From Raillietiella orientalis (Eukaryota): a stretch of 64,000 nucleotides of DNA. The number at the start of each line of letters is the position of its first letter. Positions within the stretch are counted from its first letter, which is position 1. This document shows, one piece after another, positions 50,250 to 62,232 of this stretch. The position numbers were made by a program, and so were the translations under genes. Location of the stretch: positions 4,092,001 through 4,156,000 of the forward strand of contig JAYWIR010000013.1 in NCBI GenBank assembly GCA_036172245.1. Reading direction: 5' to 3'. Below the pieces are notes generated by a model that saw only the letters and a program-made list of their open reading frames with translations, was not told where the DNA came from and did no database searches.

Positions 50250-50931
50250 CTCAAGTGACCGGAGTTGATGTTGCTGGTGTTGAATGGGGGGAATCGCGTG
50301 CAAAGAGCGCCTTCATTACTGGACACGGGGCAGAGTGGACGTGGAGTGTGTAACAGACGTGGGGAGAGGGAGACCCTTCCGTACCTACTGTTGGACCATG
50401 CTGCCCTCCAACCCCTTTGGGATCTCCTCGTAAAGATCCTTGGAATTCCGGTGGGAGGCCCCGGGGACATTTGGAGACGCCTCTTCGCGCGTGCCGCACT
50501 GCTGCCATCAGCCGCGTTCCTTGCAGTTCCTTCATCCTGTCTTCGCAGGGTCGCGGCGGCCTGGGACTCCAGAAAAAGAGAGCGAAATGGCAGGGACCGC
50601 ATCCACTGGGCGCGTATCTTCTTGTGGACCGCCTCGAGATGACCCCACCTGGGCGCTATACGGACGGAACTTGCCAGCATCCTGAGCAGGATGCAGAGGA
50701 CTCTGGGCAGCGTACCGTTCTCCCTTCTTCCCCTTGTAAAATTCCGTTTCCCCCCGTTTTGTTTATTAATTTTTGTTTTTCTTCCCCCCCCCCCCCCAAG
50801 CTGCCTAAGCGGATCTTGCCGGTCTGTGTACCGCTCTTGGGCAGGTTCATCACACGTGGTAGATCCAGCGGTTCTACCACAAAAATGTATCGGATTACTT
50901 TAAGTGATAAATGCCCCTGCAAAACCGGGTG
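50250..50931 (+). mobile_element. L1/Tx1-like LINE subfamily A, 3' fragment
   Basis: GERETLPYLLLDHAALQPLW, ACGGAACTTGCCAGCATCCTG (cf. 16240-16260). Terminal GATAAATGCCCCTGCAAAACCGGGTG. Confidence 0.75.
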
Positions 50932-50945
50932 ATCATCATCTTCGA

Positions 50946-50979
50946 ACCTCTTCTCGGTCTTTCGGCTAAGATCAAAGTG
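50946..50979 (+). ncRNA. U2 snRNA 5' fragment (truncated, non-functional)
   Basis: ACCTCTTCTCGGTCTTTCGGCTAAGATCAAAGTG versus the U2 5' end (ATCGCTTCTCGGCCTTWTGGCTAAGATCA(A)AGTGTAGTA). Similarity stops at the branch-point-pairing sequence. Confidence 0.6.
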
Positions 50980-51049
50980 ACTCGAAGAAGAAGATACCGC
51001 AGCGCCCTCCATCTTCATTAGTTGTCTCGCATGTTGGGTCCACCCGGAA

Positions 51050-52720
51050 CGTTATCAACTGGCTGCGTCTGAAAGAAATACAAAAAGCAGTATGGAAGGG
51101 CAGCAAATCTCTTCATCGTGCAATGTGGACAGGATGCTGCGCCGGCTGCTGGATGTCTGCAAGGTGAAAATCCCTAAATGTGTCGCGTCTTCCTTTGTAA
51201 GGATTTACGAAGGATGCATTACTCTTAACTTGGAAGCAGTCGTGAATGAAGACATACGCGTTCCGGATTCTCATGGTTATAGGATGAGGGAAGCTCCAGA
51301 CCCCGACTCGTGCTCACCAAACGAAGGTGTTTTATTAACAGAAGATTCAAATTCTATGTGGCTCATAAAGGTCATCATTGGCAACTGCTAGTGGCTCTTG
51401 TATGGTCTTCTCTTCGCATTCGCTATTTTCAAGCTGAGCTGACAGAGTGCAACCAATGACGAGACACAAAGTCGCGCCCTGCCGTCCTGCTGACGAGACT
51501 GTGGTTCTTCAGGTCTTTCGAAGGGTCAACATTATCCCAGCCGGTGGCCCATCTTGTGATTCCAGTACACGACAGTTTCGTATTTTGTGAGCACATCCCT
51601 TCTCTCTTGATGTCCTTCCGTCTCCTAGGGATCTTCCCTCGGCGGCTACTCACGCTGATGCACAGCTACTCTTTTAGAGAAGGGACCGATAGTCAAATTT
51701 CGTTAATATGACTGACGATGACTAAAGGCTCCGTGTCTAACGACTCGGGCTAGAAAGCAGTGGTCCATTGCAATCGCTCTTCCATCTTCCTAGAGTGCCG
51801 CATCCGGTCGCACTTTGGGATCCATCCTCGGAAGGGGTTGATTGGAAACCTTCCTTTCCCGATTTCCATGGGAAGCCCTTTCGGTCCAGGCCGCGGTTCA
51901 CCGTGCCTCTGAGTCATTTTATTCTCTTTATAAATGCAGCGACTGAGAACGTGGCTTTTACGTCACGCTTCCGTCTTTGTCATCCTTGACGGAGGGCGTG
52001 ACGGGTGGTTGGGCCACCCCGCATGAACAAATCGGCGGTGCTGTCGGTCAAAGAGGAAGGGCGTCCTGACCCTACCTGAATGAGGACATCGCCTTCCCTT
52101 TGGCTTGCGAGCCCATCACCTCTGAGCTGCCTTTCAGCGGACGCTTTCGTTCAGCAAGGCGCAGGACACTCAGGTAACCAGCAAAGAGACTCGCCTGCCA
52201 GCAATGCTTCTTTTACTCGGGGTTTCCAACGGCTGCTGAATTCAGCCTCCAGGGAAACTGAGATTTCCATTGAGGACAAAACGCAGCAGCTCCTGAGTGG
52301 AATCAAGGGGTACTTGATATCCCTGCGCATCGTTATCGGTGAGACCAGAGAGAAAATTGATTCCGTTGTTCTTGGCATGCGTTGATGCCGTCGCGGTGAG
52401 ACATCTGGAAGTCTTGCCTAACTGATTCAGCACTGACTGGAAACGATCCCCAGGAAGAAGTGAGAAAGAACGTGTCCACCTCCCGTTTCAGTTCTGGCGC
52501 ATCCAGTCCCGTCGCCGTAGCAACCCCCTCTCTTACAGGTTGCCACTTTCTGAGAACCTGAAAGCCTTTTCAAAGCCTATTGGCCTCTTCCTTGCTGGCT
52601 GAAACGTGGTGAAACATAATTCGGCAGCAGCAAAAGAGCTTCTGCGAGTGTTCAGGATTGTGAGGAGGATTCGCTCACCAAGGCAACCTACTCTCTCATA
52701 AATTGCCTCTTCTTTCAAGA
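51050..52720 (-). mobile_element. PIF/Harbinger transposase remnant, interrupted
   Basis: ILNTRRSSFAAAELCF..FEKAFRFSESG (N-terminal HTH region), SCTGI/DG (CxGAIDG), TIQEPLAVANDDL (TQNVLAxCDFDL), YVFIHDCFQVKSNASFVNPYKGRRDTFRDF (YYLxDxGY..FxxPYRGxRYHLxEF). Confidence 0.55.
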
Positions 52721-53955
52721 GGGCGGCTCAACAGCTGGGGATTCTGGATTGGTGAGGTGTGAAAGGAAGGGATGCTTCTGCCCCGAGTACAGAACGACGC
52801 CTTAGATCTGGCCCGCTCGCTCTGAAAATAGCACGGAGGATTGCATCCGATGGAAACTGCCGATGGATCGTGAGCGGCGCCAACCAGCGGCTCCTCCGTG
52901 GGCGCCCCCCCCACGCACGGTGCTGCCCGCACGAAGACTCTCGCACACGACTGCAGCAAAATCGCTTGGCGGAACTGACGGGAACTTTAATTGAGTGGAG
53001 CTGATCTTTGATTTAGCACGCGTGCACAAAGGACGCGGTGCCGAAAGAATTAATTGGAAGCTCTCGTCTTTTCCCGGCAGCACGATTTTTCGCAAAGCTG
53101 CAACTTTTCGTTCCGTGCTCGAATTACACCCTGAGGAAGCGGGGTTGAAATTTCATCTTGAGCAGTTGATCACTCATTTCTCATAAGTAGAGAGGAGGAT
53201 ACGCGGTGGTTACGAATGAAAAAAAAAGCCTCCCCGTCCTTCAGCGCGGAATTGGCATCTTCGAAAGATGCACATTCTCAATTCAATTTGATTTTGAGAA
53301 AAATAATCACCGAGGTGCGTGCATTGCAAATTTTCGATTCGTTGATTTGACTCAGCTCAACAGGTGCATCTTGCATTTTGCAGAAAGTGCAATGCTCACG
53401 AAATTTTTGAGGGAGAACTGAGGGTCACCATGACGATTCCCTCATTCAAGAATCCTTGGGAACCGGCGTGAAACGGCTCTCATAATGAGCTCCTGGGTTA
53501 ATCGGCCTAACTTGAAGATTATGGGCGTATTGCTGCCCGCCCAGATTTCTCTGAAGCTGAGTTCTTGCTTCTGAAGACCGTCTACCAAATTGCTTGCATT
53601 CCAGTTCTTGACGATACATAAAAATGATTCATTTTATTTCCAAACTGCCAACTGCTTTCTGTTTTCCCAACCTATAGTTTTGATTTCTCAGATCATCAAT
53701 AACGCTTTCTCATTTTCTCTTTTCTTGCAATCCTTCGTGATTTTGAGAAAAAACACTTCCTCTATTTAGAAAGACCGACCACCATGCCTCTGTAGGATTC
53801 AAGAGACACATTCTGGCAACTGATGGTTTGTCTTTCGTGTATGGCTTTCAGGCCTGAGAGTCTGGGGTGGTTCTTCTGTGGAAGCGTTGCCCCTTGACTT
53901 TTTCTGGAGGAATGCATCCTCCCGTTCTACCGGCTTTATCAGGAAACGCCTACAA

Positions 53956-54845
53956 ACGAGGCTCATCTCGAAAGTAATGGCGGATCGGATAGAAAGAAAG
54001 GACGAACAAGGAGGAGCAGAAATGCATCGGTGGTTCGGAACACACGCGTCCCCGTGTCACGTTTCCACGTGGTCGCCATTTTGCTTCCAAGCACTTTTGC
54101 TTCCGTGGAACGAGCTTTTTGGAACCGCCTGCATGAAGTCCGCCGCCTGTCAGCTCAGCAGCACTGCACTTTCCGACTCCCCACTTTCCCCCTCGAGATA
54201 GAAGAGGCCACTTGCAATGCAGGGAGGAAGACGTGGTAGCCACCGGGCGCGAGGTCAGGACTGGTGATCTTCCCATTCGAATGCCTGAACTGCCTGGAAT
54301 GTGCGGACGGCATGTGTTGCTAAGGCGCGCGTTGCCGTGAAGGAGAGGAACCGTTCCTCCTGACCTCAGCCCTCCACGTCTTCGGTGGTACGCCGCAGCT
54401 TCGAGAGTGTTTCTACGCAGTGGACTGGCCAAGTGGTGGTCGTTCCGGGCTCCATAAAGTCCACCGAAAGCACGCACGCTGCCGTCCGCACACTCCACAC
54501 AATTCAGGCATTCGAATGGGAACTTTTTGAAGTTCTCGCGCCCGGTGGCTACCACGCCTTCCTCCCTGCACCTCATGAAGTGGCCTCTTCTATCTCGAGG
54601 GGGAAAGTGGGGAGTCGGAAAGTGCAGTGCTGCTGAGCTGGCCCCACTCCCAGGCGGCGGAATTCCATGCAGGCGGTTCCAAAAAGCTCGTTCCACGGGA
54701 TCAAAAGTGCTTGGAAGCAAAATGGCGACCACGTGGAAACGTGACACGGGGACGCGTGTGTTCCGAACCACCGATGCATTTCTGCTCCTCCTTGTTCGTC
54801 CTTCCTTTCTATCCGATCCGCCATTACTTTCGAGATGATCTTCGT
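53956..54845. repeat. long inverted repeat (~350-370 bp arms, ~160 bp spacer); foldback/MITE or hairpin-RNA locus
   Basis: 53956-~54315 is the reverse complement of ~54475-54845, including a perfect match over 53998-54099. Confidence 0.95.
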
Positions 54846-55699
54846 ACTTCGGGGGGAGCAAAAGAATGTTCAGCAAACGGCACTCGGTGCGCATCCATTC
54901 GTTGACCAAGAACTGCCAACTGAAACGATCAAGCCATGGCGTGTGTGGTTCTCTCTGCTCCCACACACCTCAGGGTTTTGTAATATGGTGGCTTGAACAC
55001 CGTGAATCCCCTGCCGTAACGCATGCTTGCATGGGAGCACCGGAACGTTCCTCACCCACACCTGAAGCAAGGCAGAAGCAAAGCTTCTTGTTTGGGGTTT
55101 TCCTTCTTTCTTTATCGTTCAACCAACCAGCTCAGAAAGGAAATTAGTTTCGTGGAATATGAAGATGGAGCGAGGAGATGTTGGAAGCACAGACGAGGCT
55201 CGTGCGCCGCCATTTTTCACATTCAAATGACATGAGGGCAGAACAGCGAAACGAACCAAAAACTCTCAAATCTACAAAGGCATAATTCAGATCCGGCGCG
55301 TTTTCTCATCATCATGAATCACCAGTAACAGTTGCGAGGAACAATTGCAGTAATTTAATGACAGCTGAGAGGGAAACATTCGTACTGAAGGAGTGACAAT
55401 CTTCTGGAGAGCGAGCAGCGCGAGAAACAAATGTAAGAAGTGTTTTTGACAAAAGTGGATTGGAGTTTTAAACGGGCTCGCTAAACATGAAAAATCCCCA
55501 AGACAGCCCCTGACGAATTGCCATTTCAAAATTTAAGAGCCAAGGAAGAGCAATCTGTCAGCTTCAGAAAGGTGATTTAAGGACTTGCATCGGATCCCGC
55601 GCTCTTCCAGCTCGCTTTCTGGAAACGGTTTCCCTGACACGCGCGAAAATCGCACTGGGAAACCGTCGGGTGGGTCGGTCGCAGCACTGTTCTTTCCAA

Positions 55700-56330
55700 C
55701 TGACCCTACGGCGACGAATGGCTTTTCCGCAATCACCACACCGCCCTCCGGACCAAGGCTCGCTGGAAGTTGGTCGCTCGAGACGCGTCCTCAATTAATA
55801 CTCCAGCTGAAGGCAAATCACCCGGAAGTGGTCGTTGGCAACTAGAGGAAGGAGTGGAAGCTTTCCTCGCTGCTAATCAGCATCCCGTTCCTTCGTGAGA
55901 TCCCAACAGATAACGCTGAAGTTTGAAAGAAAAGCTGCCGTGTAAAAACTCACTTTTTCCCCTTTTGATTCGCTTTCCATAAATGCCTTCGCGCTCACGT
56001 GACAGATGAAGATCAGGTTTGAGGCTTCGGCAAGATAAGGTCCAGGAAATGCATCCTCTAGAGAAGCAGGTCCCGTGGTAAAGTTCATCCACTGCATGCA
56101 ATCCAATTTTGATTCGGGAATCATAGCCACATTATTACATAATGGAAAGAAGCGATGCCTCTACCACAAAGTTCAGCATCCGCTCTCCGATATTCCGGAA
56201 ACCCACTCTTCATTTTAAGAAGCCTTACTTCGGCTTCGAGGACTCCTCCTTCCGCTATTGTCCATATCTTTGACCGCCGCACATGCTCGCTGATTCTCCT
56301 CACCTGAAATGGTAACTCTTATCGGAAGCA
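55700..56330 (-). pseudogene. TTBK/CK1-family kinase remnant
   Basis: AAVKDMD / VLEAEVRLLKMKSG..CGRGIASFHYVIMWL resembles TTBK VALKVE..VLKMEVAVLKKLQG..GCGRNDRFNYVVMQL. Then frameshifted EFLH../SNFSV (FLHRDIKPSNF). Confidence 0.5.
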
Positions 56331-57949
56331 TTGTGGATTGAGTGGTTGCACTTATGGATGTGCGGTTGCGCGGAAGCACCGAAGACTTCAACCAAAGTAC
56401 TCTGACGAAACTCAAAGAGCTTCAGTCTTTTACCGGAGAGGGGAGCGATCCAAATCTCTCAGCGGTTCGGAAATCGAATCCCTCCTCCTCGAAACAAACC
56501 CTCCAGCCTTTTACGATTGACCCAACGTGAAGTCTGGTCAGTGGTATGTGTTTGCCATCAGCTATGTTTGAAATTATGGAGACCTGATCACGGAAACGGT
56601 TTTGGCTTCGACGAAGAAGAGTGCAATCAAGTTTTGGAAAGGGCAGCAGCTGCGAGGGAGGTGTGCTGCGCGGGATTTCACCCCTTTTCCACCTGGAGCG
56701 GAACTCCTTGGAGAACTTCAGCCGCTTCTCAGCATCTCTGAAAGACCAGGTTTCAGAATTGGGGATCAGAACCTCCTTGAAGAGCGACAAAGACCTCGGA
56801 CGCTGTGATTCAAATCGAAATCGCTTCATAGCTGAATGGGAAGCCGACTCTCATCTGCTGGGCGACCGAGGAGATTCCTGCCCAGCTCTGCAAATGGGCG
56901 TTGCCTTGACACCGGTCGCTATTTCCCCTTCCATCCTTCGAATGCAACAGATGGCTTTCCTAAATCATGTGTGCTAATGAGAACCCTCGATTGGCCGCAC
57001 GACTAACATGGCCTAATTAAATAGCTGACCCTTCCACAAGGCTTGCATGCCAAAATCACACGTTTCTATTGGAATCAAAAGGATCCTCAAATGTTGGAGC
57101 ACGCACACCCCTTTTACCTCCTTACCAGTTGCTAAAGGGCGATTGCAGCTTTTTGAGTCGTTTTGCTTCTCTGCCGAAAAAGCGTGGGCTCTCCCTGATA
57201 TTTATGTTTAGCAAAGAAAAAGAAAAAAAAGCTTACCCTTCACAAATGCCTCTACGGAAATTTCTTCTTTTTGGAAAATCATCCAAAATTTTCCCAAAGG
57301 ACGCTCGCCCCTGCACTTGGTTGATTCAGGAATTCCGCTGCTACCTAATAAATCGACAGTGCCCTCATGCCCGATGCATGTACGCTCTGCTTCATAGCGT
57401 GGTCTTCAACATAATCCCGGAGCCTTTCCAATAAGAGCAGCCCAGGAGTCAGATTAACCTTACATTACACTGAAGATTGATTTTGAAGGAGATGCAATGG
57501 AATGCAACTTCAAGTTCGAACATGCATGAACTGTTCCGTTCCACGCAATTCCGTCCTCTTTCTCATAGAAGCAAAACAAACACAGGGAAAGGTCCATTCT
57601 TCTTCGCGCGGCCTTCCCTTTCCCGGGAAAGCACCAGCAGGAAACGAAGGTGCGTCCCCACGGTGGAACGAATGCGATTTTTTCTCTCTCTCTCTCAACT
57701 GCCCACCCCCTTTTCTTGCCTTCTGAAGCAGCAAGGACGCCTTGCGACTTCGGGCTATGGACAGCCACTTTTGGGGGGCGATCATCAGCTCTAGTTGTCC
57801 CCTGTCCAGCGAGCTGGGCTTTCATTTTCCCATTCCCCGACAGTGGATATTTATTCCATATGAAATGGGAGGTTCTGGTTGCCGCCTTACGCATGCAGTC
57901 GTCTCCAGTAATGGAGATTGGGAGACACCGGAAATAAAGTAAGGAGAAA

Positions 57950-59125
57950 AATCTTTATCTCCCTTCGTTCTCTTTTTCCACACTGCAAACGAATTGTTCA
58001 GTGTCGAAACAAACTGTTCCGTCAGGTGACCCCTATTCTCCAATCTGCTCCGAGACGACTACGTCGCTGAGGAAACCGCACTGCCTGCATATTCAGGATC
58101 ACGAATTTTTTCCCCCGATGCCTGGGATCCTCTCCCTTCTCTCTTGCCCACCACCACGATGTGGTTAGGGTGGTTGCAACATCATTCTCCCCCAAGCTCG
58201 GAGAAGACCAAACGCGTTGGCTCATTTGACCATGACTCCATGATGCCCGGAGGACACAGTAGAAGGTGAACCGATCCCCGGTCTCTGACTGGGAAATCAC
58301 GCGCCGCACACCCGAATCTGCAGCAGGAATCCTTCGGAGCCTTCTTGTCGGCGGCGCGGATCCCTTGAGGACTTTTTTTCCTCGGCAGGCGAAGGGAGAA
58401 ACAGGATGCAGCATTATGATGCAATGATCTGGGACTCCTTCTCCCAGGAAGTGTTGAAAAAGTTCGAGTCGTCTCCTTGTCTTCTTCACTGACTGAATTC
58501 GGTCCTTTTGTTTTCCTTCCTTGCTGTCACTCTTTGTGTGTTCGCGAACTTTTCGCTCTGCCTTGAGAGGAACGGAGGCATTTTTTCCTCCGAAAGGGTA
58601 AGGATGTTGTAGCAGTTGCTGGTTGAAAGGGATGGCGGGTTGGAATTGCGAGGCATTTAAAAAGGGGGAACCTTTCGCTGCCTGCGTGCGCCAGTGCAAA
58701 CCGGGAACCAGCACAGAAAAGTTTGCTAAAATCAGCAGATCGCAGCTTTGCAAAGGTGGATTTAGATGTGAGCTTCCAAAACTCGCGGCAATGCTGGAAG
58801 AAAGGTGGATCAGAAAGTTGGGAACACGTTTGCAAACGCAGTTTTTCCTGTGTAAAAGATAACCTCTTCCCGAAGTGTTCCCCAGCGACTGCGTCCCTCG
58901 CATTTCATCTCCTCCCGTGTCGCTTACTGTCTCCTTGAAAATCTTCGTGCTTTTTGAAAACTTCAGTTGGTCCGAAATCGCACCGCCTCTAGCTGTGGAT
59001 GTCGAGTTCCGGACGAAAAAAAAACCCTTTGCTTCCGGTTCCGGGGATTCCTGAATTTGCTGCGCTCCGTCCCTCAGAAGGATTTGGAGTTTCCTTCTCA
59101 AAGATTCGGTCGAGGACAGCTCCAA
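57950..59125 (-). mobile_element. pogo/Tigger-like (DDE_1) transposase remnant
   Basis: ORF 58022-59125 contains FLNAS, GDRFTFYCVLRAS (KERxTVxxCxNA), TTSWW, KKFVILN (LLxLD). Downstream VSTLNNSFAVWK (QPLD..F..K). Catalytic Asp residues not conserved. Confidence 0.4.
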
Positions 59126-59487
59126 GGACTCTGAGGTTCAAGATGCAGTTCTTCTTTCTCCAGCTCCACGTTGCTCCCACTTCGAGAGTGGCATGGTGCT
59201 GCTGCCTTCAGGTTTTTGACGCCTGTTCAAAGAGTTCATCGCTTGACCTGGAATTTGGTACCCGTGGTTCCTCCTGTTAGGAATATCCTTTTGCCAAAGA
59301 GCCGACGCTGAGTTTGCTCACACTTTGCTCTCTCGAAACCTTTAATGATCGAAGGCAGCGGCCTCAGACAACGATCTTCATAAAGCCAAATTCTAAAGAA
59401 ACCTCAGTGCAATCAAAACGGAGTACCTTTCCTTTTTTGAAAATATAAAGCACAGATCTTTTCCCTATTATTGGTGTTATTCTTTAA

Positions 59488-59865
59488 TAGTGGTACCTCG
59501 ATACTCGACGGTAATTCGTTCCGGAACTCGCGAAGACGACTGCCGAAACAGACGAGTACCGAACGAATTGCTTTCAAGGCCTCGTGGTATCATTTTTAAC
59601 CATTTTAGGACTCCCTATTGACGCCTGAAGTGCACAGAAAGCACGAAAAGAGGGGAACGATTCGGGAGGCACTCTATGGAAGTGTCCGGGACTGCTCTCA
59701 AGCGAGCTGCCATGGGAAGAAAGCGCCCACCTGTTTCATCGTGAGATTGGGGCGCCGAGTTCCGAGCGTGCGGCGAGTGTCGAAGCATTTTTTGTGTTCC
59801 CATCAAAACGCGACGAGTACTGAGCGCGAAGAGTTTCGACAGCGTCGAGTACCGAGGTGCCATAG
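59488..59865. mobile_element. pogo/Tigger-type MITE (~380 bp)
   Basis: Left TIR TAGTGGTACCTCGATACTCGAC and right TIR GTCGAGTACCGAGGTGCCA (59844-59862), 17/19 complementary. Subterminal GACGAGTAC repeats. CAGTGGTACCTCG-like end typical of pogo/Tigger. TA TSD degraded. Confidence 0.75.
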
Positions 59866-60639
59866 TGTGAATCGGATTCCCGCAGTCCTCCGGCAGCAAG
59901 ACTCCCACGCTCCATGAAAAGTGTGTGCATACTATGGAAATGTGGCGTCACCTGGGATGGGTCACTTGCAAGATTCGGTCAAAACGGTAAGATGCTGCGA
60001 AATGGGCATTCCAATCCGGTAACCAAAGCAACGAGCGAATGAACCCAATTACGTGAAGAGGGCGTTCGCCGACCAGCTCAGATTAATGAATGCTCCGTGA
60101 TCTAATTCAAAATTTACGGTTTCAAATTAAAGGAGCAACGAAAAACTGACAAACGAAGCTTTCGAACGTATCAGCAGAATCCCTTTGTACATTTCGATGC
60201 TGAAGATCAGCGTTGCCATGAAGCAGACCGTGAAGTCCCAGCTACGCACTCGTGGATTCGCTTTCACGCGCCCGTAGCTCGGAAGGGGGGAAGAAAAAAA
60301 AGGACAGCCATCTCATCCCAAAGATGAATGTAGGCGAGAGGAGGCTCTGCAAGGCCACATTCTAGAAGTGCACTGAACCTTCTTGAAGACAGCTGTAGCT
60401 CTTAGTGGAACAAAATCTTATTTACGCGCGCTTTCTTTTTCTTTAAGTTTTTTCAGAGTGGGGTCTTCTCAAACAGGTAATCGGATTTCGTGGCAGAATG
60501 CAGCCCATGAGCCAACCTGCCTTCCCCGCAAGAGGGGCAGGATGGCCGCTCCTGCAAACTCGGACTCGTTCTGTCCTGCAGCTGAGCAAACGTCTCCATG
60601 GAAACGCCTTCCTTCGCCTTGACTTCTATGTTTTGTTCC

Positions 60640-61040
60640 TGACATACTGAGTGTCCATTATTAATGGGCCTCTGGTCGGCACAAACGAAAGGCACATTTT
60701 CGGGGGCCTTGCTCGGGCACGTGCGCCCATTGCCGCAGATTCTCCCAGACGATTGGAGGACGTTCCCGTGCTGCTGCACGTTCACAGTGTCTCCGGACCG
60801 ACAAGCGGGCGAGTGAACTTGTCCTACAACTTTGCACACAATTGCAACAACAACAGGTTGCACTGGAAGCGGCACTTTGTTCCACATTGTCCTGCACGGC
60901 CACTTTCACTGTCGTCATCGGGGTCACGCGTTTCTGGATGGTGGCCATTTTCCTCGCTCGGGTAGCATCCGCGAATCTTCCTCGGGATGTAGCGGCATGT
61001 CCAGGAGGGTACTTTGTCACAGTTCCTGATTCCCACTTCT
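60640..61040 (-). mobile_element. second pogo/Tigger-like transposase remnant
   Basis: IRNCDKVP (IxNxDETP), IQKRVT..VAV / NKVPLP (KxRxTV..DGxKLP), VNVQQHG, FVCAD..H, across frameshifts. Confidence 0.4.
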
Positions 61041-61514
61041 CTCTGGATTGCACCTCGTGGGATTTCAACCTTCCCAGGCCCTACCCTTCTGGAGGTCCCG
61101 CATTTTCGCTCTTCTGGTCACGACGCTCGCGATGAAGAGGGCGATGCGGACCAGAGGACTGTGCCGAGGGACTTTCCGTTCCCTTCCAACATCTTTAGCC
61201 AGCATCTCCGTCTTCGTCGTCGCCTGCCCAGTGTGCTTCCCTGGATCCACTCAGGATGTTTCCGTGGTAGAACATGATCAGATCATCAGTGGCAGGTCGC
61301 TTCTCCAGATAGCTGCTACACGTGCGCGTGTCTTTATCCCCCTATTCTCATTCAACTGCAGTCTGAATCTCCGATTCGCGAACATTCGAAATCGATGCGA
61401 AAATTGCAAAACACATATAAAAAAAATTCCGACTGCTAGTGGTTATGGGGATAGCAAATGGTCGCCTGGAGCCTGCCGTAAGGGTGGTGAGAATTACTAT
61501 CTATGGTCCGCATC

Positions 61515-62232
61515 GGAGGCCATGTGGCTGCTGAGGTCTCCGCTCATGGCACCACCAAGCGTCGCGGGTTCGGATACTCGGCAAGAATCGACGCCGAGAG
61601 ATGGGAGGGGTGGGTGCGTCGTAGGTTCGAGTTCCTCCCGCGAGATGACGCTGGTCGGCCTCTGTTCATTCGGGTGCGGCGCCGGTAGCGGTTCAAACCG
61701 GATGCTCCCGATGAGTGGCCGGGATCGAGAGTCGGCCCGCCCAAGGTCGTTGAAGGAATTAAGGAGTGGGGAGTTCCTCCCTCCCCCTGGTTATGCAAAG
61801 GAGCGAAGCCTCCCTTCTGGGGAGGATCCCCCGTCTGCCACTTCTGAGAAATTTCGGGAGCGTCCCTTCGGGGTTCTCTTCAGAGGAGCTAACAGGAGCG
61901 GTTCCCTTGCGGGTCTTCTCTGGAAAAGAAATTCCAGAAGCGGATCCTTTCCGGATTCCCTTAGCAGAGGAAGAAAATGGAGTGGACCCGCCTCCGGGAG
62001 TCCCTCCGGAGAGAATAAGCTAGGAGATTCCTTTCGAGGTTCCCGGGCGTGACAGGAACGGACTCTCTTTCCCGGAGCCCTTCCTGGATTCAAAGGTGGT
62101 CACCATCCGGGGTAGCTGCCACCTTGAAGAGTCAACACGCACCCTCGGGTGGCGTAGAATAGCGTCAAAGAGCTGCGGGGGGCGTCGCCAGGGACGCGAC
62201 GGTTCTTGAGGATCTTGGAGAACCAAAAAAAA
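61515..62232 (+). mobile_element. SINE-like family X, full-length copy
   Basis: GGAGGCCATGTGG head. Two T-arm/B-box-like motifs (GCGTCGCGGGTTCGGATAC; GCGTCGTAGGTTCGAGTTCC). Minisatellite. GGTTCT..AGAACC hairpin then A8. Confidence 0.8.

Noticed and set aside
53950..54966. 338-aa ORF and mirror ORFs
   Set aside because: By-product of the inverted repeat. Indels between the arms break the frame.
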